From Sphagnum compactum (Eukaryota), in assembly GCA_965153455.1 (NCBI GenBank), contig OZ234493.1, positions 31,114,213-31,178,212 of the forward strand: DNA of 64,000 bases, given 5' to 3'. Under the pieces are notes generated by a model. The model ran no database searches. It was not told where the DNA came from and saw only the letters and a program-made list of their open reading frames with translations. Position numbers and translations under genes: made by a program. Position 1 is the stretch's first letter. Every line of letters starts with the position of its first letter. This document shows, piece by piece, positions 38,001 through 52,589 of this stretch.

Positions 38001-39359
38001 TGAGTGTTGTGAATGGCACACAGTTGCTGATTTATGGATGAGAAGAAACCTTTATGACTTGTAGTAGAGCATCATATTGAAACACTTGGATTTTTGGGTA
38101 TGCTAAACCCTTAACCTTGATTTTCTGGTTGTGTGTGTGTGTGTGTGTGTCTGTAAAAGATGGCAATTGCAGCTGTGGCACATATTTACGTATACCCTGC
38201 AACTCCCTATCAGCAGCATCTGGACAGGAAAGAGCAGAATGTGAACAGTTTTGGTAGCGTGATGGTTGATGAGATTGAAGAAGACCTTGAGATTGCAGCA
38301 ACGAGTGTTAAAGACAGTATACAAGATGTTGTAATTGGCGGTGGTGGACATGTAAGATTCTTATCCTCACTGATCATATTTCATGAAGTTATATCTACTG
38401 AAAATTTAGGGTTTAGGGTTTTAGTTTAGGACTCCATGACCCAAAGAGTTTTTGTATGAACCCAAGAGCTAAATTTTGTGTTCTCCTGCTGTTTCCAGTA
38501 CTCATTTGGGTTCCATGACCAAATTTCAAGCTTTTGTGTAACCCTCCTGCTTTTGGGACGCAGTTTTATTATCACTAATTTGGGATGTTGTCAGGTGGTG
38601 GAGGATGTGAGACTTACAGTCTCACAAGCAGCTGAGCCAGTGGAAACAGGTATCACAAAAGTGAATAAAGCTTTGCAAGAAAATGTGGGAAAGATGAACG
38701 AAACACTACAGGAGAAAGGAACAAAGTTGAATGAAACATTGCACAAGAAAGTTCATCAATGGGACAGAAGACGAGAGGAGAAGATCAGCAAAGAAGGAAC
38801 TTACATGATTGATGACAATGAGGAAGATCACCCACAACTTGTGGAAACTAAGGAAAATGTGCGAGTTGAGCATGACACACAACAAACAGGTCCCGATGCA
38901 GATGAGGCTGAGGATTCACCATCCTCATCATCATTGTCAAGAAGTCCTTGTTCAACCAAGTCTATGGGGTATCTGAAAAAAGAAGTTTCAGGCTCGATGA
39001 CAACTTCAAATTTGAAGGGTGATGGTGGTAGTGAGAAGATTTGTTACCGGCAACAGAGAGAGAGGTCCAATTCAATGGAGATGAACGAAACAGCTGCTGA
39101 AAAGGAGCGAACCAATGCTGCTGGTGAGTGTGAACAATTAGAGGAAAGGGTAGAAGTTCGTGAGCAAAGAAAGTTGAATCGACATGGCGACCCCATAAGC
39201 AAGGAGACAACTATGCAATGGGTAGGAAAGGATGAGAATGGAGTTGGTGACAAAGAGATCACCAAAGAGTATGAAGAGACCGAAATAGAAGAGGGAGAGA
39301 GGGTAGTCAAGGATGTGAAGAAGAAGAAGATATCACATAACAACAACACAAAGAGCTAA
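35092..39359 (+). CDS. LAZ1/TMEM184 (DUF300, organic solute transporter alpha-like) membrane protein, 8 coding exons, about 641 aa
   Basis: Exons 35092-35313, 35873-35929, 36136-36244, 36515-36717, 37139-37227, 37591-37879, 38160-38351, 38595-39359 join in frame. Motifs HLSSYNNPNEQKWLIGIILMVPVY, ECYEAFALYSF, KFGIVQY, SQLWALYCLVKFY, KFLCFKAVVFVTWWQG, LQNFIICIEMAIAAVAH. Probable 5'-UTR intron about 34038-35064. Confidence 0.93.
37029..37056. repeat. Perfect 28-bp palindrome of telomere repeats in a LAZ1-like intron
   Basis: AGGGTTTAGGGTTT followed by AAACCCTAAACCCT. Confidence 0.9.
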
Positions 39360-41149
39360 TTTGGGTCTAGATCTTGAGGTGTGATTGATTAAGAGCTTTG
39401 ATTCAGGTGTAGATAGATTTCAGAGGTGTAGATAGATTTCAAGTGTGTAGATTACTTAAGAGCTTTGGCCAATACAAAAGAATTGTTGGGTATGTAATCT
39501 AACCTAAAAATATTCAAAAAACATATATGATTACCTATATCCATGACTTAATTTGCCATTTCCAAAACCCTAAGTGCTAATCATGTGCACTTATACCCTT
39601 GCTTTGTACCCATATGTTAAACGAAGTTGTGAAGGATATGTAGTTGGGTATATTAGGTCTTCAATTGAATTGACTTTGTTTCTTTTCTCTCATTTTTTCT
39701 TTTTTCCGCTCCTTAGAAATGCTTTGTAATCTTTTACAATCAAAGGCCCATGCAATGTTTTGTTTTTGGCTTTCTCATTGTCGCAAAATTGACCCCTATC
39801 TTCTAGGTGGATTGAGATGGCAAAATACCAAGTGACAATATTGCTCAAATGGTGTTGTTTTTTCAATATTTGTTTTTTTGTATAATGATGACGATAGTTT
39901 TAGTTCAATTTTCATGGTATGTGGCAACATAGACTTGTTAGTGGTAGAAACAAAGTTGCAAGGGACAAGTCAAGGTTTTAACATTTTTGCAAAGTTTATT
40001 TTACTGGTTAGCAATTTGGTCATAATATTGTTGCAAATAGCAACTTGGTCTTTTAATGTCCTCACAAGTCCAACCAAGACCAAAATGAACTTGGCTGAAC
40101 TTGGCTGACAGCTGAACAATATCAAAGCTCTTGAATTTTGAAACCCAATGTTCATTGCTCATTATTCACATAATAATATATTGTATACTACCCAATGTCC
40201 GCAAATGTCAATATCAATCAATTGCAAGTCCACAATTTTGAACAACCAACCACACACTTTAGACCTAAGTCACACAAGGTCATGTTCATAAACAATTCTT
40301 TAGACAGTTTGCAAAAGTAAAATCCAAAGTAATAGACAATACAACAAACACACATATACACACAAATTATCTTCAAACATAACATGGATAAAGCCGGTGG
40401 GAAGTCTATGCAAAACTAGAATGAATCACATGTGTAGTAGAGTGGTCATCACATTCCAACAAAAAATTGTGCCACTAAATCAAAGAAAAAAAATTTATTG
40501 GAGAATTCTTTTTTTAGTTTCCTATTCGTTTCCCAAGTCCTTAAGCCTATTGTCCTCCTCAACTTAATGAAGTACTTGACATTAACATTGCATAAGGTAC
40601 TTCGACTCCTCTAGCTTGTGAGTATGTGACTTCTAATTACATCTTCACCAAAACACCAAATTAGGTTAGTTAAGGCAACATATTGATTAAAGCTGGAAGC
40701 CCTAAGTTATTATATCATGCTACAACATTTTAAAAAGTGGTTGCACTATTGCAATAAACATTATGGCAAAAGGTTTTATCTACAAAATCCAAGCTGACAG
40801 CTAAATGAGAAATACTTAAAAATTTTGATACATTTCCAAAATCCAAAGTTGAAGATGTATTTTTCACAAAGTTTTTGCGGTGATAGATTTAATGCAATGC
40901 CTTCTTAGGGAGTTGAACCCTAGTCCAAAAGAAGACATTGCCTTCTTGTAATGGAAGGTGACCCTACAAAAAAAAGAAAACATGAGTATTGACAGCTTTA
41001 TCTAGATTCATTATTGAATAGGAATTTTATAAATAGAATTAAGATTATGAACTTGTTTGAACACAAGAGGTAAAATTTGTGAAGATGCCATATAGGTTGC
41101 CTTCTCATAAAACTACTCCAAATTTCTATAGGTCTAACCCATATTGGGA

Positions 41150-42277
41150 TTTTGCTTCATTCCAATTTATGATTCCAATTTATGATGCCATCGTGGAATG
41201 GAAATGTGTACAAATTTTTTTTTAAAAGTCCTAAACATACATCTTAACAACCAATCCACATTAGTTGTTAGACAGTTCTTTAATTTGGACTTCATAAAAG
41301 TGACGATAGAAAAGGCATGTTCATTTTCAACACTCTTTAAAATCAAAACAATTGCAAGTTCAATAAGTTTGAAATATTCAGAAATTCTATTTATCAAAAT
41401 CACATTAAAAACAAACCTTTTCCACATTCAAGTGGTTGGGTTGTAATCATGGGGAGGATTCAAAGCAACCTCACTATTGGATTGCATGGTGGTCATAAAA
41501 AAACTAGGTTGTTGCTCAAGTAAAACATGATCCATAAGGGTGCATGTGATTTGCCATATGGTTAAGTCATATTGTGACAACAATTATATGATTTTTCAAT
41601 TTGCAAGTGTTTAGGGAATGTCATGCCAACTTTTAGTTATACCCAATGTTGAGGGTAAATAATGTCAATAGTTCATTCATAAGTTCCTATGCTAGAAATC
41701 TTCTATCAAGTTCAATTATCAAATCTTTTTGCTATAGAAATGCATTGGTTTTTTACATCTTGGCATATAGTTGCACAATCCTTTTTAGTGACCATGGACA
41801 TAACTCCAATGCACTTGTCAATTTTGTGCAACATGTAAAATTATTCCTTGAAACAAAAAGTAGTGTAGTATGTTTTTGTGTGATGGGCTCAAGGTGCCAA
41901 ATTGTCATCAATGCATCAAATTTTAATCCCACCAAATCCACAAAATTATGGAATTAACCATGTGAGAAATGTTGTTAAGGTCCACATAGAGATTATAGAG
42001 ATCAACTTGAATAAACTTCATTGCTGCCACAAAATCACAAATTATGGAATTAACCATGTGAGAAATGTTGTTTAAGGTCCACATAGAGGTTATAGAGATC
42101 AACTTGAATAAACTTCATTGCTGCCACAAAATCACAAATGAAGCAATTTCCATTTTGAACAAGTTTGTTCAAACTTTGCACTACCTCCAACATTGCAAAC
42201 ACACACATTAGTCCCATCATAGTTTCCACATCACATAACAATTCATAGTTAGTGACAACAACTGAATTAATAGAAAG
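41150..42277 (-). mobile_element. hAT-like transposase relic
   Basis: EYFKLIELAIVLILKSVENEHAFSIVTFMKSKLKNCL resembles the hAT C-terminal dimerisation motif (S-x-x-x-E-R-x-F-S...K-x-K-x-R-N-x-L); upstream fragments on the same strand; includes a 95-bp tandem duplication at about 41942-42139. Confidence 0.7.
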
Positions 42278-42760
42278 CACTAATAGAAATCTTGTCATTT
42301 GTAACTAGTCATTATGCAATGTGTGCAACTAAGTGTCGTTTGCAACTAGATTGGTTGTGTTTGCAATTACAAATTAGGTATTGTATAATTTTTGGTCATA
42401 TGGTTATGTGTGTAGTTGACATGTAATTAGTAGTGCACAAAATGAGAACATGTCATCAAAATCATGGCCTAAGTTAATACATACCTATGTTAGTACACCC
42501 AATATATCTGCTAAACTATGTGCAATAATCTTATATTTTTAATATTAACGTAAACCCATGTTAACTAATGTTACCCAAAGCAAAACATTGCCTAAACATA
42601 GGCTAAACTAATTAAATTAACCATGGTTAAACTAGTCACGGTTAACCTAACTATTAAGCTAAACTAATTATGGCTAAACTAATTAGGAGGTTAAACTAAC
42701 TAAATTGATCATGGCTAAACTAATTATTGAGACTAAACTAACCATGGCTAAACTAAGTAT
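42278..42760. mobile_element. CACTA-end fragment with GCTAAACTAA subterminal-type repeats
   Basis: CACTAATAGAAA at 42278 truncates the transposase relic; many GGCTAAACTAA variants at 42590-42760. The other end was not found. Confidence 0.4.
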
Positions 42761-43374
42761 TTGTGAAAAACTTCCATAGATTTTTTTTCACAAAAGCTTG
42801 GTCTGTTTTTTTCTTTGCTGTGTACATAAAAAGTTCATTCATGGCAAAGCAAAGTCTGGTGAAAGACTAAAGCTCCTATTTTTTCCACTTCAAAATCTCT
42901 TTGTGCAAACTGTTAATGTAGACTTCATCTGGTGCAGTTTCTTTGTTTGCAACCACAAGTCTAGAGATTTCGATCAACACATTCCAATCTTAGTTTTGAA
43001 ATCTGTCATTCTGTTTGTTGGATGCAGTGATACAAAGAAGAAGCAGTAAGCAAGCAAATAGTGTCATTCCTGGTGAGCTTTTAATCCTAAATCTCTTGAA
43101 GTTTCCAAAAAGAAGCATTGACAGCAGGACAGTGGAGCAGCCATATGTTAGGTTGACATCAATATGGTTTCTCCATTGTCCCAATATCAACACCCACTGT
43201 AGATGTTGGGACATTAATGGGCATCACTGTTCATACCCATTGATTTTTCACTGCACTTGAATTTTGGTTTTTTCCAGTACATCAAAGGTATTGAGGTCTT
43301 GCACCAGTTGTTAGAATTTGGACATAAAGTTTCTCAAATGGAGGAAATTCCTGAGATTGGGATATGGTTTGCAG

Positions 43375-44990
43375 GTTTCAACTGTGGTGAGGCAGCAAAT
43401 TTTGCCATCCCTGTATGGCTGGATGTGGCAAGGGAAGCAGCCGCTTGGCGAGCAGCCATGAATTATCTTCCCAGGCTCTCCCACGAGCAACTCCTTTACT
43501 TGCTGGCCATGTCTATTGCATCCAGGCTTTTAGCTTGTTTTATAGAGAGCTTTTCCTTTTTTGGTGTATTAGTGTAATTCCAGAAGATCTCTTTTGCTCA
43601 ACCATATACATCTCTCACTGGTCACTCCACATCCAACTTGACTTTTGGACATTGGCAACAGTTCCTGACTCATGATGCAGATTAGAGCTTAAAAGGGATC
43701 CTATGACAAGGATAATTATGGGGTGATTCCAGGCCACCTTTGAGCTCACCAACAGAGGTGCAAATTTCATGCCTGAAAGAGACGAAGAGAATCGGTGAGG
43801 AGATTGTGAAGACTGTGTTTGTGAACGATGTAATTTTCCATAACAGTCTGCTTGGCAAACTCACCAATCATGGTGTCACCAGCTGCATTCTGCTGAGTGA
43901 TGTTTGTAATGTAACTCTGCCAGCGCCCAGTCTGATGCACTCCAATTGTCTCCAATTGTAGAAGGTGGAATATTGACTCCTCAGGTACTTGAGAAAGAAC
44001 TGTTTAGTGGGGACTGTAATAATCAGTGTTGGAGCTTGGCCATGACCCCCAATGTAGAAGGTGAAGCCTTTTTAAATTAGGTGAAAGTAGCTGATGCACT
44101 GCGTTCAACCATCATGAGCAGAAGGAAGATGTGGTATTATCAGACAAAGGCGCACCAAGGAAGAGTGCATCCAATCTGAAGGAAGTTGATGGGCAAGATG
44201 TTTTGTGCACATCACACTGGTATGCATCAGAGGCAGTACTTTCAGTTGTCCCAGTGGAGGGCCAATCTCTTGGCAAGGATGTTGGTTCAGCTGGCTCACA
44301 ATATAAGTTTTCTATGTCCACCCCATCAATATTTCAGTTGGAATAATGGAGAGCTTGGCAGGTGATGTTGGGAGCACTGGTGATGAATTTGTAGTGTGTG
44401 AAGAACAACCAGAGTTTGATGATTCAAGTGGAGCAGTTGAGGTTTGTGCATCACACTCAGATCCAGCGCTCTCATCACTCCAGCTCTTGACAGCTGTTTA
44501 TAGTGTTAATTGTGAGATTGAGGATGATTGTTTCCTCCTCACCCTCAAGGTAAGGTTGGGTGATCTCCAGGTATTGCCTAAAACATGTATCACCATTTTT
44601 TGAGATTATTCACAAACATGATGATGCCTTTCAAGTGCATTTGTCAAAACTCCAAAATTCTGAATTTCACTTTAACTGTAGCTATTTGCTGATGAAATCT
44701 CTCGACCAGTGTAGGAAGTGGCAACACATACATTTCAATGCAGAGGGGATTTTTCTTGTCAGCATGCCCACACCTTGAAAACCTGTCACCACTTCTCAAG
44801 ATCAGTGCATACCAATTGGGTCTCTCATGCTCGTTCTACAACACCCACACCTGCAGCACAACAAAAATTCAGTGAAGATGGTCCTGACATAGTCAATGAT
44901 CTGATCACTCTAGAGCGCATACATGCAAGGTCTTGGCTCACTTACAGAGTAAAGAAGCCTGCTAATTACAGTACAACCAAATATTTCTTT
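43375..44990 (+). pseudogene. REF6/ELF6-like JmjC histone demethylase gene fragment
   Basis: After an AG acceptor: GFNCGEAANFAIPVWLDVAREAAAWRAAMNYLPRLSHEQLLYLLAM (JmjC C-terminus of the REF6/ELF6 clade). Next exon LKETKRIGEEIVKTVFVNDVIFHNSLL; later SSLQLLTAVYS and SCQHA. Stops and frameshifts; JmjN and the Fe-binding part of JmjC were not found. Confidence 0.8.
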
Positions 44991-45089
44991 TTGTACAACA
45001 GTAGTCCTTCACACTTGAATTGTGTTAATGGCACATGTTGCGTTAATGTCAAGTACAATTTCCATCCCATTGCTGAATGGTGACTAAAG

Positions 45090-46732
45090 TGTTCCTTAAC
45101 ATGGTGGAGAAAATTGAAGAAAATTGTCTCATCCCTACCCTTGCATCTTGTATTACTTGTACACGTTCATTTGATTTTTGGATGTCTCATGCGAGCTTTG
45201 ATACCTTTGCTATTGTTGTGAACTTCACCAATGCTTCATGGGAGCCTTGTCATGTGACAATTGGGATTTTTGAAGCACACAACACTCCAAGTGCAACCAT
45301 GGCAAACCAAGTAAAATCTTTGTTGGATTCTTTCAGCTTACTTGAAAAGATGAAGGGCCTAATTTAAACACTTTGACTTTTGCATTGACTTTGTTGTTTC
45401 TTGTTCTGCCCTTTGTTCTGCCCTTCAGTTAGCATGCCCATTTATAGGGTCATGTTTTGGGCATGCCATGTCAAAGGTAGCTTAGTATGCTACTGATGAC
45501 AATAAAGTCTGTGCTGGATTTTCATAGGTTAGTTTGAAAGAAGTTCAATTCACATTGCAAAAGACCATTACTTGGTCAAAAAAATTTGTTAAGGGGTGGC
45601 ATGAATGGAAAAAGTCTTGTATTGTTACAAGTTGCCTATTAAGATGTTGTAAACTTTTGTGAAGACAAGGTTTGCTTCCTGAATCATCTTATTCCAAGAA
45701 ACACTAGAATATTGAAATGCAATATCCATTTGCTATGGACAACAACAAGCTATTCATTTATCTTCTAGAATGTCGATATTTTAAACTTGGGCTATTACTC
45801 AAGCCATTATAAATACACTCCTTGTTATGGAACTTTGTGTCTTGAATCAAAGTGTTGGATATCGGTTATCGGTCAAATGCACTTTATTTCGCTTTCACCT
45901 TATGCATTGCCATGAAAGCTAATGTGGCTAAGGCCCAAGGTTTAAATTAATTGCTAATTCGTGGGGACTTTGATTCAAAGTTGCAGGAATTCAAGTTAAG
46001 GATGATGACACAAGTCATCAATATTTTGTCCCCATTATTGGAATTTGCTTCAACTTACAATCAAACCAAGGCCCATAACATGTTGTCTATCATGTTGGAC
46101 CCCAACTTCAAAAACATGAAAGTCATATGGGATTTTGTGGGCAATGCACATGTGCCATTCAAATTGTGAGAAATTATGACATTAACATTGTGTGCCCTCT
46201 TTTATTACAAGTGTTCTTTCATTTGAACCCTATTAGGGTAACAACAATAGATCAATCGACAATAATTGGAGATAATGATTTTTTTTGGGGTAGACTTTAT
46301 CAAATGATTTTGTAATCATGTTCACTTTGAAGAACGCATTACAATTAAATCGACAATTGGTTGTGTGATAAACTAAAATTGAAAGCCTTCTAATTTGGTG
46401 GGCAGAGCATGTTGTGCAATTTCCCCGGTCTTCTTTGTCACTCATCAAATACTTGGTATTGTGGGATCATAAATTGAAATAGAACAGATTTTTAATGTTG
46501 GGTGTTATCACTAACTTGAAGCAATTTATTGCTTGGGATTGAGAATTTAGATCGATTCATTTTCATAACCAAGAATTGGCCTAGTGACATTCGTGTTGGG
46601 TGTGATGGACCTTTGAAGCCTAAAACCATGGCTGCATTTCTGGAAAGGGATTTTGCTATGATTGAAAAACACAATAGATTAATTGAGGAACAAACTTTCT
46701 TTGAAGAAGATTCAAATTCTGATTTCATGTGA
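45090..46732 (+). mobile_element. hAT transposase pseudogene
   Basis: SFDFWMS..DTFAIVVNF..WEPCHVTIG, KTRFAS, HNMLSIMLDPNFK, LIWWAEH..FP, QILGIVGS*IEIEQIF, ENLDRFIFITKNWP; many stops. Confidence 0.85.
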
Positions 46733-49700
46733 TTTCAAGTTCAGGTTTTTGCTTTCATCTTCAATTTTCGTTTTTTTGTCAACATTCTTTTTGTGCAAAA
46801 AAAATTTTAATTATGTTTTTTTGGGCTTCATTTTTAGCATTGAAGTTGAGGATTGAAAATGCTGCTTTCTGTTGCAGCATAGGTATTTTTTTACCTCACA
46901 TTTGTTACTAAATTTCCTATGATGAAATGGGTTGAACCTAGGAACGGCTTAATGGGTGCAAGTACGTAGATAGGAGCCAACGAGATTACTTTACAAATGG
47001 ATTGTGAGTCTTTTTTCACTCTTTCATATGAAAGAATTTTTGAATGAAATCTTTTGCAACTTGTTATTAAAAACTCATATAGTTGCCCCAATAGATCACA
47101 TGTTTTGTGTTAATCATTGTTGAATAAATATGAATTTTTCAAAGTGTGTAAGTTCTGCTAGATTCTGCATTGCATTTTGAAAATTTATGATAATTTTGAA
47201 TTATACCAAATAATGCTAACTACTTTAGGTTTTTTTTATATTATAAACTACAAAAAAAAATTGTATGTCATGCACATTACACCCCATTTACATGTGATAA
47301 AAGACTCTTAAAATTTTTAAAATTTGAAAAATATTTTGAATTTTTAAAATTTTAAAATTCCATATCTTTTTAATTGTGAGTGTTTTTTGGGGATGTGCAT
47401 TGCTCTAAGGTTTATCCAATGTCAAATGCTCAAAAACCCAATTTTGTGAAAATAGATTGTTGCAAATGTGAGTAGTGAATAGGCATTAAGTACATAATTG
47501 TTGCAAATTAGATGTAGTTTCATAACATTTTCAAATTTTCAAATTCATTTCTTTCAAGTACTTGCCTTCTAATTGCAATAACCAATTTTAATTTTTTTAC
47601 AATCCAATACCTAAACCCTAACGATTACCCAGACCTGCCCCTTTCAAAAAACTTAAACCCTAGTACTTGAGAACCCCCCCATATCTTTTCAAAAACATTG
47701 ACCTTAACCAGAGGTTCTGGATTGTTCTAAACAAAATTCAGAACCTTAGGGGGAGGTTCTTTCAAAAAATAATAATAAGAGGGAACCGACCCTGGAGGTT
47801 CTCCAACAGAAAAACTAAAGAACCACCCAACACTGGTTGTAACCTGTTGTCCATATATATACTAGTTTGAACCCCGTGCCTAATGCACAGGTGTGTTATT
47901 TCAACAATGTTCGTAATCACTAGGAAATTTCTGACTAATCTTTCCAGCAAAAGAAAAAATATCCATCTCAAACAAGCTAAAGAAAGGGAAAATGCCCATC
48001 CATACAGAAGGTTGGTACCTAGTCTCCTTTATCAAAAAGCAGTACTGCTTTGGACAACTAAAAAACAAGGAGTCCATGTTTCCATGCCCATTGCCCTCTG
48101 TCCACTTCTGCTGTTTCTGCCATCTTCACTCATGTTTTGGGTCCCACTGTCCTTAACTCATTGTCTTCTTCTTCTTCAAAAACAAGTCTGAACAAAAGTG
48201 ACCCAAAGGATAGGGTATTGGGCACAAGAGCACAAAGTGTGTGAATTCATTCACTCACAATAGATCCTTTTTTCAACTTTTCTACATTTGTGAATGAAAA
48301 TAGGGACTCTTCTGGAATTTCAAGATAATTAAAATTTTCAACATGGAATGTTCAAAATTCATTAATTAGTTATTCAACAGACATTTGTTAAAGTTGGCTC
48401 TGCACTAAATATTGGGAACAATGTGGGGAACATTTGGCATGACATATAATGGGATGTAATTATTAAGAAACACATCTGAAGGACACATGGGAACTATGGA
48501 AACAACATAGTGAACATTTAGCAAAGCACATGGGATAAAATTAAAGAGCATGTGTGGGGGACACATGAGAACTATGAGGAACAATACGAGGAACAAATTT
48601 GACCCAAAAATAAATGTGGGACAAAATTAAGGTGCACATGGAGAAAAAAATCCAGAACACCATTGAGAAGATAGTTTGGAAATTTTATTGGGAATATTGC
48701 TAGGGAACAGAACTTCTAAACCCAAACAATTCTCAAAGTTCCTCCTTACTCCACATTGGACCCCACGGGCCCCCACCATGGAAAGAAAGAAAGAAAGAAA
48801 GAAAAACCTGAGCCTGTTCTACTAACCTCATTAGTTGCCTACCAAATATCTTCCTAAGTGTGTTCAACACCCATTTTTGCCCTGACAAAATACACCGTCT
48901 TTGATTCCAGGTACCTTTTCAGCTCATGTCTCTCGTACTTTCCTTCTAGACTTTATTTGTGATATTTCGATTGGAAGTTGTCGAAGAAAGGTGGGCACTG
49001 GGTGAACACCTACTAGTAAAAGGTTTACATTAAAGTTATCTGTAAAGTCACCCTCTCTTTCACCCCTATCCCCTCTTTCAGTGGTATCCGCAAATTTAAG
49101 AAATTTTTGTGCTGCCTCGGTAAGTTGGTGAAAATCTAAGACTTTGTCATTGTCATGGTGAACATGCAAGGGCAAAGCCCGAGGCTGCAGGCTTTACAAG
49201 AACAAGGGCCTGCACGAGGCAAGTGGGCAGGCCCCATTCCAGCTCAGTCAAAAAGGTTGAGTCAAAAAAGATTTTTGCTCACCCTTCAATAGTCAATTTT
49301 TTTTTTCACCTCGTACCACCCCTGCTCACCCAACGACCCCATTTACTCACCTATCCCGCTCATTTTGCAATGGCAAAACCTATATCTCTTCTTGACTAAA
49401 CTTTTCAAATTAGTTTATGTTTTATAATTATATAATCAAATTCATATTATAATATAAAAATTAACATGCATGTATTTAATATATTGTATTTTTTAAATAC
49501 ACTATGAATTTTGAATGGTTTTGAAAATAATGTAATTATATGTTGATATATCATATTATATGCACTATTTGTATTAAATTTCATAATTAAAATGTGCTAT
49601 GTAATACAAATCAAATTCATATTTTTAATATTTTCTTTCATTTGGACAAAATATGAAAAAGATAATGATGATTTTTTAATAAAAATATCCTCTTGAAATG

Positions 49701-52589
49701 TATTGAAATGCAAGATTTTTACATGCAATTTTCTTCAATTCAAGTATTGTTTCAATTTTTTCATAATTTTAATGTGTAGATTTTGGGAAAAAAATTTAGA
49801 ATGAAATTTAAATCATTTCATTTGGACATAATATGAAAAAGATATTACTAATTAAAGTTGAATTTTAGAAAAGTTTTAGTTGCACCTCAATTTAAAATTA
49901 AAGTGCAAGTAAAAGGTTTAACGCATATGTTTTGTCTTTGATTCTCATCTCACAAGCCATATAAAGAACATGTTCTCTCTTGATTTCACACTTAAAAATG
50001 CATATGCCAATTTGGGATGAGTGAAGAAATGTTTGACCTTAAATGAAAATTGCAACATAAATGCAATATTTTTTTACTATTTATTCCATCTACATTTTCC
50101 CTTTCCTACCTATTTGTCTACCTACCTAGGTAGATAGGTTTGAATCTTCTTGAAATTTTCAATTAAAAAATAATTGAACGAACAAATAATTTGAATTAAA
50201 TAATTAATGTTAAATTATCTAGATTAAATAATTAATATTAAATAAATAAAATATCAAAATATCTGAACTGTTTATATGTTAGTGAATTTACTTGTCCATA
50301 TCAACTCGTTGTCGATCACTAAGCAATTGACAAATTTGCTAAGAATTCATTTAATTCATTACAAAACCTGGTGAATTCATTAATGGATTTGGACTCTTTA
50401 TGTACTAGTAACACCATAGTAGTTCAAACAAGTAATGTACAATAATTTAGGGTCAGTGAGCAAGCTTTCTCATGTTGCATAGAATTTCACATATTACATG
50501 GGACACAATGACTTTTTGTTGTGATATATGAGGGTATTGCCCATCCCATAACCTTTTTAACATGGGATTTCCCATTTTGAGGTAGGTATTGTCTTTTTTG
50601 TTGTTCTCATAGTGAAGACTTCCTTTAGTGTATATAGGTAATGTAACATGGGGTTATAGTGAAAGTTTTAGATCTAAGTATGAGTTCATTTTCACAAAAA
50701 AGAGGTGTGTTTTTGGATGAAGGTAATGCAATATCAACATGTTAAAATATGATGAAAGTATTTGTTTTGTTGGTGTACATAGTGAATAATCACAATTGAG
50801 TGTGTAGGAATTACATTCACCCATACTTTCAACATTTGTATTGGATATTGACAATGTAGGTTTTGTAGTTTTCTGGACTTTCTAATAACCCTAACCTAAG
50901 TGATGGAGGGGCCAGTATATGCAATACCCACATATTAAAACCTTTACATAAATGAAGTATAATTGGTAATAAATTATATGGGAATTATATAAACTTAGTT
51001 ATTTTGCATTTCAATTCCAATGGGGCCCCAATTTTATCGTGAAGGTATTACAAAATCTAGGTCCATTTTCATTAAAGTTCCACCACAATATGATCGGTCC
51101 ATTGTATGCAATACCTTGATTTTTCATTTTTTACATTGAATTGGGAAATATTTAAAAGAAGCAAAAATAAAATAAAATTGTGTGATATTTGCATTTAAGG
51201 CATAGAATGTTAGTTAGATTTTTTCATGTTTCACATAATATCCAAATTTTGGGCATAAAATATGCATATTTACTGATAAACAAAAATTGACAAAAATATT
51301 TTTGAATTTGTTTAAAAATTTAAAACATTAATTAATTAAAAAATTGATTATGAAGAAAAAATAGAAGAAAAATCATTTAAACCAACGAAAAAAAATAATA
51401 CTATAAGAAATTAGAAACATAATCTAAGAAGCAAAAAAAATTTTAAAAAACAAGTTTAATTTCAATCACAAATGGCATTGTTTTCATATGTGGGTATTGC
51501 ATGTTAGGATTAAATCTTCAACTACTATTAGTATTTGCCATAATAGGCAAGACTTGCATGTTACCCATACAATAGGTGTTAGTTTTGGGAATTCCAAACC
51601 ATTACAAACATGGTGGTAAGGGCAAAAACATAGTTAAATGGCTCAAAAGTGGTGTTTGAAGGTCCATAATCTAAAATTAATAAAAAAAATTGCAAGTTTA
51701 ACAATTATCAAACCATAAATCCTATAATTATCCCCTATGCTTTTAATCATAAATATTAATAAACCAACCTATGAATATCCCTGAACATGCGATTGATAAA
51801 AAAATCCATGCAAAAGATTAAAATTTTTAAACGGACTTTCAAGGATGAAACTTTACAACAATCACATCATTTAAAACTTTTAAAAATTAAAAATATACAT
51901 TAAAAAAAATTTCAATGCACATCACTGATAAATTGTTCATTTGATGATGTTTTATTTTATTTCATTTATTTTGACACTATTTTGACATCTTTTTGAGTCC
52001 ACGTTTTTCATTTTTTTTGGTGACACACATGACAAAAGTCCATTACAAGTCCATAATCTTCTTAAAATTCATGATGATTCCTATTAAAGTTTATGATAAC
52101 ATGAATAATTAAAAAATTGACATTGTTAATTTTGAATATGGCTTTACATTTTATGTTTGTGTGTAATCCAGACAAATTACAAGTGTGACATTTCAAACAA
52201 TCCACCTATTCACGCTTTCACCCTTAACTTGACACAAGTATTGTAATGCCCAAAACCTAAACCTTCAACCTTTATATGTAAATTTAACCTTCCTTTAAAA
52301 ACCATATGTTTTACATTAATTTTTTTATGCTTTAAGTGATTGAATTAAATAATCATTGAAAATACAAGAATTTTTTTTCTTACCTCCTTAATTATTTGTT
52401 CTAACTAAAATTAACATTATTTTTTATGTCCTCGATTGATTTTTATAAAAATATATATTGAAGTTCATTTTACACCTTGTGGATTCCATTATTGTTGTTT
52501 CTTTTTAGAAAAGTAGAGGTTTAACTATGAAACAGAGAGGTTTACCCAAAATTTAGAATTTTTTTGTTGAATGTAAAAGTTTACATAAT

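Noticed and set aside
48016-49175. Possible minus-strand exon fragments ending in AG/GTACC donors (about 48016 and 48914)
   Set aside because: No continuous frame or recognisable protein; needs BLASTx before it can be called.
50400-51120. Possible helicase or transposase remnant on the minus strand
   Set aside because: Only vague resemblance (MGWAI) and no convincing motif series.
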